64,000 nucleotides of DNA from Isurus oxyrinchus (lineage: Eukaryota): positions 1,116,001 to 1,180,000 of the forward strand of contig JANJGN010000153.1 of assembly GCA_026770705.1 (NCBI GenBank), read 5' to 3'. Position 1 is the stretch's first letter; the number at the start of each line of letters is the position of its first letter. Both the position numbers and the translations under genes were made by a program. The notes below the pieces were generated by a model. It did no database searches and was not told the DNA's origin. It was given only the letters and a program-made list of their open reading frames with translations. Positions 26,096-37,099 of the stretch are shown here, one piece after another.

Positions 26096-26460
26096 GGCTC
26101 AGTCAGTTGAAATCTCCGTGCTGAGATAGATGTTTAACGATTTACTTCTGGCACCAGAAATTCAGAACAAAGTTCTCAGCTCATGGTCCAATCTCTTAGT
26201 GAAATAATTCTGCACTATCGCAAGTAGAACCTTTAAGAACAGATTCACGATTGACGAGGAAAATGTAGAAGATTCAATTTCACTTATTCGAGGAGCAACA
26301 TTGTCATAGCCAGTTATGTCCTGACCGATATTTCTACCTCTGCTAAAATCACCAAATAAAAAATCCGGTCATTGTCAACATGTTGTCAATGGAAGCTTCC
26401 CGAGCACAAATCGACGATCACGCTTACTTTAAGTAAATCCATCAATGTGGTCATGGACAA
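26096..26460 (+). mobile_element. tRNA-derived DeuSINE-like (SacSINE1-type) element (copy ~45117-45480)
   Basis: Head ggctcagtc..., internal tgtcctgaccgatatttctacctc and tccggtcattgtcaacatgttg...ggaagctt...gcacaaat resembling the Deu domain. Family assignment is from memory. Confidence 0.5.
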
Positions 26461-27005
26461 AGGCTGTTCAAATTCATGTCTATCAATATACAAGTGAGTC
26501 AGACATCGGAATGTCTTAAGCGCACACAACATTGTGTTTCAGCCAAGCTTACAGATATCATCATTTCACACTGATTTGCAAAACTATCGCTATGAAAAAT
26601 TAGGGGATTTGAAAGGGAATTTGTTGCTTGCGATATTGGAAAACAGGTGAAAACCGTGAGCAAACACTTTCAATAAGTGCAACCGAATTCTGCAGAATGC
26701 GAATTTGCCCCTGCAATGATTTCCATACCTCCAATTACCTCCAATTTTAAACACGGTCTGAACTTGGTTATTACAATTATTGCAGAACCCCACCCAAATT
26801 CACGAAATTCCCCAAAGAATGAAGACGGTCAACACTGTAGAAAGCTGCGTGACACATAAAGCAACCTTAAGAAGTCATTTAACGTGACACCTAACCTTTG
26901 ATAACTCTCCAACAGAAAACGAACTATTTCACGTTACCAGAAACGCCTTTTGAGTACAAAGTCAATATCCAGTTATACGTCCACTGATTGTATTTAGGCT
27001 CTTAC

Positions 27006-27075
27006 CTGGTACACCAACAGCTGCAAGAATAGGGTAGTAAATGGCCTTTATCTTGTGAATTATCAGTTCTCCCAT
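27006..27075 (-). CDS. GPR139-like gene 1, coding exon 1 (MGELIIHKIKAIYYPILAAVGVP)
   Basis: ATG at 27075 (aagATGG), 70 nt ending CCAG|GTAAG. Phase 1 joins exon 2 (G+CT=Ala); 70+908=978 nt = 325 aa + stop. YYP-x-LA-x-x-GVP-x-N matches the GPR139-type TM1 start. Confidence 0.9.
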
Positions 27076-27785
27076 CTTTATGAGAATCTGTCTTTCCTCC
27101 TGAGATGGGTAAACAGGATGGAATGGAACGATGTGAGCTGGAAACTACAAACCCCCGTCACCTTTGAATTAATTTCAGAAACATAAAATAAATAAAGTAA
27201 AATCACTGTCGATACTCAGAAGGAGATACCACATTAATTAAACCCAAAATATCAGGGTAAAACTGGCAGCAAAGCACTTGTAACATGGAAGAGAGATAAG
27301 CTGCTATATTTTACAGACATGAAGTCCTGTACATAAACTTCCAAACCCACTTCCGCTACTCCCTAGAAAGACAAGAGTAACATAGACTTGGGAACGCCAC
27401 CATCTAGTAGCTGCTCTTCAAACCACTCACCGCCCTGATTTGGAAAGATATCGCCGTTTCTTCACTGCTTCTGCGCCAAAGTACTGGACCTCCCCGTTAT
27501 AACACAGACTACAGCAGCTCAAAAATGCATCTCACTACCATCTTTTCAAGGGCAATTAGGGAAGGCAATAAATGCTGGCCTCGCCAGCGTCGCCCACATT
27601 CAATGAATGGGTAGAATAAGAGAGATTATCATTTTTAGCCTGAGAGTATGTAAATAAACATACATTAGACAACGATAACTTCGAGAATGGGTTTGTAAGG
27701 GTCCCATACCTGACAAAGTGAACAAACGCTATTCGCTGTGAGAAGCGCTAATTGAAGCAGAAACACTGAGTCTTTTGGAGAACAT

Positions 27786-27818
27786 GAAATGATCCGTTCA
27801 GAGAAACTCTTATTTATA
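27786..27818 (-). promoter_or_regulatory. Candidate TATA box + initiator of gene 1
   Basis: Minus-strand TATAAATA (27818-27811) with Inr-like TCATTTC 28 nt downstream, inside a block well conserved with 46760-47000. Confidence 0.5.
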
Positions 27819-29853
27819 CAACAGATAAATTCCCATTAGCACATTCATGTTCCCTGAAGAAATAAATCAGTTTCAGTCATTGAACAAACAGGTTATGTCA
27901 GTCACTCCCTTGTGAAAGCAACCACTACAAAGTGAAACATCAAATTTTGGACTGATGTCTGTGGTCAAACCAATTGAAGGGGCTGCATGATAGCGATCAA
28001 TGGATAAATATTATCGGAGATGGTCAGAGCGGGAAATGATTAAGCCACTAGGGGTTGTTGCGGGATTACTCGTCACTAATTTACACAAAATGAATCTTAG
28101 CAACACAATGGTTCTGAACCTCCCTAAGTAGGGGGCACATTTCTGATGTTCCCCACTGTTTTGTGTTTCTGGATCCATTCTATGTTCCAACAAGGCACGT
28201 GTGTGATCCTTGTCTTTGACATTCAAGCTCCCAGAGGGAAGACATACGCTGCCCAGATTGTACCTGGATTACACTGGCACTGATACCTCCGTCGGTGACT
28301 GGGCCTACATTCTATGGCGTTGCCCAGAAATTTGCACCATTCCGCCTGCAAATTAAAAATGCAACCAGAGGACATGGAGGGTTCGTGCTGGTGATTACGT
28401 GAGGTGTAACACGATCTGTATGGAGAAGGCATTTGTTTTCTCAATCAGAAAATTTCAAAATAATTCTTTCCAGACGTTTCCAAACCTATAAATGGTCAAT
28501 AACCATCCACCCCCAACCCCCCCCCCCCCCGCCCCCCGACAGCAAATCAGTCTATTCCACCCACTCACATATTATGTCCAGAAAGATGTTTGGACTGATT
28601 GAAAAACAATGTTTTGAATAAAATAATAGGTTAATTCGAGTACAAAGCTGGGGGAATATTCCAAGCTAAACATTTAACTCCTGACCCTCAGATGTCTTCT
28701 GCCAACAATCATTGGCCGATGGAATCACTCATTATAATGAAGCAGAATCTCCAGCTGTTGGTTTGCGCTGCATCTCATACAACACCAAAATCACAAGAAT
28801 TAAGGGCAGGGGTAGGTCATTCGGTCTCTTCAGTCCCTTCTGCAACTCGAAAAGAAAATGGTTTTACCTGATCGTGGCCTCAGCTCCATTTTCCTGCCTG
28901 TACTTCTCCAACCTGCGTCGCACACCCGCCCCTCCACACCCTCCACAAAACACACACATACGTCCTCATGACCTCAATATCCTTTATTGGTCAATGAACT
29001 ATCCAAACCAGTCTGGAATATGAAGCCGCCCTGAAAAAGATGAAAAAAATGATCAATGTTATTTGCTCTTTTGACGATGACCTGATAATCAGAGTGACGC
29101 AAGGCGGTTCGACAGTGTGGACCCCTTTCATGTGACTTGCGTTGCCAAGTAAGTCTCTGTCATTGCTTCAGCTCTATTTGTCATATACTTGCCGGCCATT
29201 ATCCAGTTTACACTCAAAGAGTTTGGCACAGGCTTACATAACCATTTCAGGACAAACAGCAACGTTGCCAAACGGCCAAGAGTAAAACCTTGCACATAGG
29301 TCACTGAACAGCGACTGAGTGAAGGCTTATTCGCTGACTACTGCGCTCGCATTGGGCAGAATCCGAACATATCCAGCTGCATGCTGAGCGCTTTGCTGTG
29401 GACTCAGAACACTTTCGATTAACAATATATCCACAGATAGAGGAGCTGTATCAAAAATATTTGTGTGTGGGAATCAGTCCTGCCACTTACCGTTGGAAAT
29501 GGATTACAGACAGTGAAATTGGAATATTTTCACAAGGTTTCAATGAGGCTGATCAATGTTGCATATCTCGCACTGACATAGAATTGAGATAAAAAAACAC
29601 GGCCTGACAGTCTTTGATCTTCCATCTGAGAGGAGCTCCATGTTTTTCTTTCAGAAGACAGTGAGTGCAGCCTGCTAAATGTCGAACTTGCTTTTGTCAG
29701 GCGATGTTTAATTTGCTCATTCAGTTAGTTCTCTTGGAGAACATGCTGCCAAGTTAGCAAACGTCTGCACTGAACTGTTGTGTTTTTCGTTCAGAGTGGC
29801 TGTGGCATCTTGGATCAGGTGACCAGCAGCGATTTGTTGAATGTACAATGAAC

Positions 29854-30436
29854 ATAATAATGGTTTTCTTTCAACTTTACATTCCTGGGTCTCTGGGTCT
29901 CTTCGTACTGTTGTGAGGCCTGAGTCTCTTCCTGGCTCAGCTGCTCACTAAAATGTGCCTGACAGTGTAAACAATGAGCACCAGAATCAGGATAAATGGT
30001 ACTCTACGGGGTTTAGAATTTCAGGTGTGAACTCAATTCCTCTTGGAACCGTCACAACCAAACACCCCCCGCGTACCTAACAAAACCAGGGGACGTTGCC
30101 CAGCACAGTCCTCTTACCATAAAATGCCACAACATGTTCTTTGTGCAGATCAGCACAGTCACTGTTTCCAGGACGACAGTCGCAGTTTTTCCGGTGCAAC
30201 ATTTACATTTCAGTTTCGGACACTGGCTGCATAAATCAGAACGGTATGGATATTGAACACAGGAATCGACTTCAGGAAAAGAAGCTGCTTCTGGAAAACA
30301 ATTGGAATGTGTGTTAATATCATGTCGAGGATGATGATGAGTCGATTCACCCCTGTCATGGCCACCAGTTAACGAGTGATACATTTCGAGAGCCCAGACT
30401 TACCCTGCGACAGAATTCCCATCGTCACCAAGTTAA
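29854..30436 (-). pseudogene. GPR139-like pseudogene B (duplicate of A, 3'-truncated at the duplication junction)
   Basis: NLVTMGILSQGKSGLSKCITR*LVAM, KCKCCTGKTATVVL, PFILILVL; carries the same two stops as pseudogene A plus an extra TM3 deletion. Homology stops at ~29854. Confidence 0.85.
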
Positions 30437-33400
30437 CTGCAAGGCAGAGAAACGGCAGAACAATTATAATCAGCCAGGAGGAAAGTCACCATTTTGCTTG
30501 ATGACTTCATTATGATTTCCAATTATGCTTCTGCATCCAGTAATACATTTGTAAATAACAAATGGTTGTTCCAGTTCCAACTTTATGTGTCTTAGGCAGC
30601 GATAACCTTACTATGAAATCGATTGTCAAATGGTAAATAATATTGAGGTGCAATAGAACATGAGGAGTGACAGTTTTTTAGGCGATTTGATAGATGCCAG
30701 CATTCTGTTGACAATTCATTTCTTAGCCACCTAGAAAGTGCAGCCTGGATGTTGGAGTATAGTCATGGCAGAGTGTGCCAAGCCCAGCAGTGAAAGAGCG
30801 GTATAATCTCCCCTTGATATCAAGGGCATTTACTCTTACCGCAGCTCTTGAGTTTACCGGATTTGCACATATGTGGCCCCGGTTTTAAAATTAGGTCAGG
30901 AGCTAAGGGATCCTTGCAGATTCCAAAGTGAGCATCATCCAACCATTTACTGCTGAAGGAAGGTCAATTAGCATTGCCAACGCCCCCCCCCCCCCCCCCC
31001 CCCCCCACAATTTTATTCTGATGATCGAGAGTACATTAATGGGGTCGCATTGTATCTACTTGGATTGTTTCCTAAGTTTCTGGACAGAAAAGGCCACTGC
31101 ACCTATCTACACTTCCAGGTAAATTCGCGTGTTTTAGCTGCTGGAAGCAGCTGGGCCAGCTCAGGAGCACACGAGCTCAGTAATACCCCAGCGTTTTTTC
31201 AGCGTCCTTACACTTAGCAGTATCCAATGCCTTCAGCATTCTCTTGGTAGCACATCGAGTGACTTTATTAGGCTAAAGATTGGTATTTGTGATACTGGGG
31301 ACAAAAGGTATTTCCTATTTGAATCATCGACGCACCACTTATAGTTGAAATTGTTGCAAATATTTCTGCCTTGTCGTAAGCCCTCGTGTGTTCAGCTCCC
31401 CCATCAATGAGGTTGTGGATGTTTGCACAGCCTCCGCCTTCAGTTACTTGTGTTTTGTTCACAGTCACTCATGTCTGGATGTGGAAAACATCTGATTTAA
31501 CATCTGGTCCGTTTGTGGTGGGATCATTCTGATCTGCATACCGCATATTTCTTTGGATGTTTGTAATGGAAGTTTCCATTTGGTGCAGCTTTGCAACATG
31601 TATATGAAAGTATTTCATCTCACTTTTAGTAATGACTGGCAGTGTTCCCTCATGCCAGCATCCCTCATCACACCCTCACCCCTCACCGCCAATGCTCTTC
31701 TGACAACCAGAGTTTAGCTACAATTCGATATTAATTGCAACGTGAGGTGTGTGCAGGGCCAAGGGGTTATAGATTGTGGTTATATACAGTGCTGCTGCCG
31801 TTGTTCTCCCACGGCTCCTCATGGATGCCTATGTTCCAGTTGGTAGCATAGTACAAGTCTATTCCATTTAACACGCTCATAGAGCCATATTATATGATGG
31901 AGGATATTGTATTGTGAACACGGGAGTTAATCCATAATGCAGTTGTGAGTTGCGCACTCTTACTCATGCTTTCATGTTTACATGCACCTAAAACAGATAG
32001 AATGGTGAGGAGGAGGTAACGTAGAATTGTCGTCCTCCTGTATCCTGGAAGTCCATCACTATGTGCACTGTGGGTGTACAAATACACCAGGGACTACTGC
32101 TGTACAAGAAGGCAACTCTTCACCATCTTCACAAGGGTAAGTACTGATTTCCAAGAAATGCTGTGCCAGCGATTGAAGCCAAAATCCCGTAATTGAATAA
32201 CAGAATCTGATGGGGGAGTTCTGATTCTTCAATAACCAGAGAACGGTTCAGTGTTTTCTCATTTTCTCGTTTTTTCCTGCCTTTTCTCCTCACCCGCGCA
32301 ATATTTCATCCACTTGTTTCTCTCACTGCACGTGCTACTGATTGCATTCTAAATATGAATTTGGCCGCAGATTTATGTTAACTAATCAGACGCCCCCAAT
32401 CTTACACAGAAAGGAAAGGTCACCCGCATTGAAAAGTCAGCACAGCGCTCCCCACAACCTGCCCCCAAAGTGCGGTGCCAAGCGTGTTTGCCAAAATTAT
32501 CCATAGCCTAGGCATGGCTGTGACAACCACATTCAAATATCGAAGAACCTACAGCCTGGTCACTCTTTTCAGCCACATTCTTTACAACATTGACATTCTG
32601 CTTCCTTTGACCCTCTCTACCCCCTTTTGCCAAAGTATATCATTTTGCCCTGCAATGCATTAAATTGCATCTGCTAATTCCTTGCCAATTCTGCTCTTTT
32701 CTCCATGTCCGATTGCAATGGATTCATATCATCCTGACTGATTATCACCCAACCCACCATATGTGTATCGTTAACATAGTTTGAGACGTTGTGCTATATT
32801 CCAAGATCCAGCTGTTTTATAGAGAGCAAAACCAACACCCGTCCAACACAGATTATTGGGGAAAGCTAATAGGTACAATCATCCAGACTGTAACAAAACG
32901 ATTACCAAAATTTTCCGATTTTGGTGCGTTACCGAATTGTATCCAATAGGATAGACACCCCCCGCTACTGCCTTCTATCATGAGCCTAAAGTTTCTTATC
33001 AGCGTTATCAGCGCTAAGTTGTCAATTAATACCTCAAATCTTTTTCAGCCAACAACCCCTGTATTATCTTCTTTAATTTTCCCTGCTATGATATCAGAAC
33101 GCAAACTGTGTTTTCCAAGTATGTTCTTAGCTAAAGGCATGCCTTTTACCAATCCGTTATCATTCTCAATTAAACTCAGCCGTGTCCAATTCCGGGTTGG
33201 ATGCTTTGCTGTAAGGTCAGATTTAGTTATATTTTTAGTACTGTAGCTGGACAGTGAGAGCATTGAATAGAGAGAGCGGGGAGTGCTGAGCACCAAAAGG
33301 TAGTATTTTTTTAAAAAAGAGGAGAGAGTTGCGATGCCGGGACTTAAATTGAGCGGGAGCTGAGCTGCCAGAATAGAGATTTAAAAATTGCTGGAGCTAG

Positions 33401-36194
33401 ATAATCAAAACAGAGACTGAAAAAGTAACTCTGGCTGTTCCCCCAGAGCAGAGATTTAATAAAAGAGCGGGAGCTAAGTAGCTAGAGCAGAGGTTTATAA
33501 GAAGCTGGAACATTGATGTGACTGTGGTAGAGCATCGTTCTCAGAGTGGACAACAGGAAAGTGCAGTAGTTGTGCAGCAACATAGACAACATTTTCGTTA
33601 TTCAATTACGGGATTTTGGCTTCAATCGCTGGCACAGAATTTCTTGCAAATCAGTACTTACCCTTGTGAAGATGGTGGAGAGCTGCCTTCTTGTACAGCA
33701 GTAGTCCCTCGTGTACTTGTACACCCACAGTGCTCTTAGGGATGGATTTCCAGGATTTAGACCCAGCGACAGAGAAGGAACAGCAATACATTTCGAAATC
33801 AGGGTTGCAAGTAGTTTGGGGGGGGGGGGGGTGGTGTGCGGTGGGAATCTTCGAGGTTTTTGTGCTGTCTGTCGCCTGCTGCCCCTTATCCTACTAGATT
33901 GTAGCGGTCGTGTGTTTGGAAAGTGTTGCCTAAAGAGCGTTGGGGAATTGCTGAAGTGCTTCCTGTAGATGGCACACACTGCTGCCATTGATCGTCAGCG
34001 GCGGAGTGACTCAATGTGTGTCGATGTGGTGTCAAACAACCAGTTGCTTTCTGCTTAATGCTGTCAAGCTTCTTGAGTTTTGTTGGAGCTGCAAGCATCT
34101 GGGCCTGTGGAGAGTAGAACATCACAATCCTATATTTTGCCTTGAAGATGGTGCATAGGATTTGGGGAACCAGAAGGTGTGTTATTCTCCGCAGGATTCC
34201 TAGCCTCTGAAGTGGATTTGTAGACATTGTGTTTATATGCCTAATCCAATTCAGTTTCCAGTCAATGATAATCGCTGCTCGTTGGAAATTCGTTAATGCC
34301 ATTGAACGTCAACAGGCGTTGGTTAAATTATCTGTTTTGTACACAGTGATTGCCTGGCACATGTATGGTCTGAATTATGTTTGCCAATTGTCAGCCAAAG
34401 CCTGTATATTGTCCAGAACATGCTGAGTTTGGCCTAGGCTGCCTCACTATATCAGGAGTTGGGAATGCTGTTGAGCATTGTGCATCATCAGCGAACATCT
34501 CCATTATTGACTTTGCAATGGAGGACAGATTTTTGAAGAGAGAACTAAACACTGTTGAGCGTCGGTCACTACCCTGAGAAAATCAGGTTCCCTCAGGAAC
34601 TAAAATGACTGGGAGCTCAGCAGCCGGGGTGTATATTTGGAAAGTGCAGGTGCCAAAAGGTCAGAGGAACTATTTAGAAAAGATTGCTAGCGTGGCCGCC
34701 TTGTGGTTATTTAGTAATTCAGGCCAAAGGCATCGTCTGCGATATATCACAATCACTGTAGCTGTTCGAAATGGTGGTTCACGTTCACTTTGCTGTAAGA
34801 ACAATGGGCGTTTGGCAATAAATGCTTTTCTTGCCAGCTATAACCCTCATGCCATGACCGAATCTTTTTTTTTAATGTTCATTTATTCCTTGACAGCAGG
34901 TGTAGGTTTCTATCTAACGGCACTGTCTATTTGCCATTTTAATTGGCCGTTCTTGTGGCCAAACATTTCCCTGGATGATTAGACTGGTCAACTAGGAAAG
35001 GTTAAGGCGATTTTGTGTTAGTATCTGAGAAAACTGAATGACCCCAGACAGCATGGTCAAGGAGTAGGAGTGGATGATCGATGCATATCCTCTTCAGGGA
35101 GCCAATAAGGAAAGGGCATGTCAAATTCTGTGTTCCGTGCTGTAACCTGTATATGGTTGCATCTACGATCTGTGTTTAAGTGAATGGGAATAAATGATGA
35201 GAATATGTGAAGAGAAGAATTACATTATGTCTGTTCATGCGCAAAATACAAAGGAATACAAAGGAAGATGTTTATGGTCGGGCCATGAGCGAGTGGACGT
35301 TTCATAGCTGGGAATTGGTGCGGATATCTGGTGGAAGCTTCACTCGTTGTTTTGATGAGTGGACTTCAAGTTAATAATTTTCAGACGCCACAGCATCTGT
35401 GAATTGTGATAACAAGCATTTGGTGGCCGTGTGTGTGAAAAGACCAGAAAACATGAAACATAGACTGTTGTGTATGAGCATGTGGGGAGGAGGCCGTCCC
35501 TGTCTTCGTGAATAATTAAGTTTGAGTTTTGCAAGCTTGCAAAGGAATTGTAGGGAAATCCGAAATCAATATATGGAACCGTCTCTAAGTCCGATAGATC
35601 GTGGGAATGAGTCTTGAATTTACCATATGATCAATTGCGCCAATGCCCAGTCTTTCACAAAGCACGTGATCACCAGGCAGTCTTTGTTTTAATCATGTGA
35701 TTTATATGGAACTCTGAGTAGCAGCTCATTGTGCAACAGTCGGATATTTGGGGGGAGCCAGGTTTCATGAAACCTGTTCTGAAAACTGTCCCATATATTA
35801 TTCGGCCCAGAAGAGACATTGAAGGGTATTTGTGCTGTTTTTCTATGTTACGCTTGTTCGAGTTATTTTGATCCAGCCTGTGATGTATGGGCTGTTGATC
35901 AGAGCATCTGCTCCAATGAGCTCTATGCGATCAGAGACTGGCATCACAATTCAAACTCTCAAACCCTGCAACTATAACCAGGGTTGTTCAGTAATTTGCT
36001 TTTTATTATTATCATCATGCCTCAAGTCCACCATTTATTATAGAATAAAGTGAAAAGGAGTTCAATTTGAGACTACACCATGAAAGAGTATTTTCACCTG
36101 GGATGTAATTTTATCCAGAGTCAGCATACATCACTTCAAGTATTTTGCTAATGTGACTCCCTTCAGGCACAGTTTTTAAGTCCTCCTGCATATG

Positions 36195-37099
36195 TCAATT
36201 GGTTTTCAGCTGTAATTTGACTAATTTTACGCACCGTTTCAAAGAGTATTGCATTCCGTTCCTCAGCTCCTCCCTAAACCTAGACTGTGTCAGCACATAA
36301 ATGAATGTATTTGTGCAGCAGCTGAGGGCCCCAAGCATGATTGCAACTGACCCAAGTTCATTAGTGCCAGAATATGAAATGATTGTTGTATGCAGAGAGA
36401 AAACATATGCGACTGGAGTTGTCCAGAGCAATATAAAGCTGCCGGTTATACTGAAGAGTAAAATTATGGACTTTCTTCGTCTTTCTATCTCTGGATCATT
36501 GTGATGCTCTCCATTGCAGCAACCGCGGAGACCCCTGCGAACTCTACTGGCAGCTAAAATACGTCTCACCGTCAAAACATTTAGCAACAAAATTAAAATG
36601 AATGGAACAAGTGGGGTCAAAGTTAGCACAAAGAAATCAAATGCAGCCCATTCAGCAGAACTGAAAAATGTCTGTTTTAGTTTGCAACCGCGAGGTACAT
36701 TGCCAAATATATATGCAGATTCATAAGCAAAATACCAGGGAATGTTTGTCAAACAACTCAAAACACTCACTACTGATATGACAGCTACACCTGTTTTCTC
36801 TGTGCAATATTTTTTTCTCAGTTCCAGACAACATATCGCCACAAAACGATCGAAGGTGAACACCAATGTCAACCAGACGGAGGCTGAAGTGACTACATAA
36901 ATCAATGTCTCCGTTAGATGGCATACCGTGCTCATGGTCAAGAATGAATCCGGAAAATAAATATTCAGCATTTCCTTCAGTATGACTTCAGTACAAATAA
37001 ACAGGAGATCAGCCGCTGCCATCGCAATCATATAACATGTAATGCATTTGGAGAGACCACACTTTCTTCTGGAAAGGATGACAATCGCAACAACATTAC
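36195..37099 (-). CDS. GPR139/GPR142-like orphan GPCR, gene 2, coding exon 2
   Basis: Intact paralogue of gene 1 exon 2 with the same motifs (DRF, IPWY, SCCTNTFIY). Acceptor ctcacttacAG precedes 37099. Confidence 0.93.

Larger units (their letters stand above)
8066..29455. repeat. Segmental duplication unit 1
   Basis: Collinear with 29854-48455 throughout (pseudogene, LINE fragments, GPCR exons, intron, promoter). Offsets ~21.7 kb left of the PLE, 19.4 kb at exon 2 and 19.0 kb at exon 1. Confidence 0.92.
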
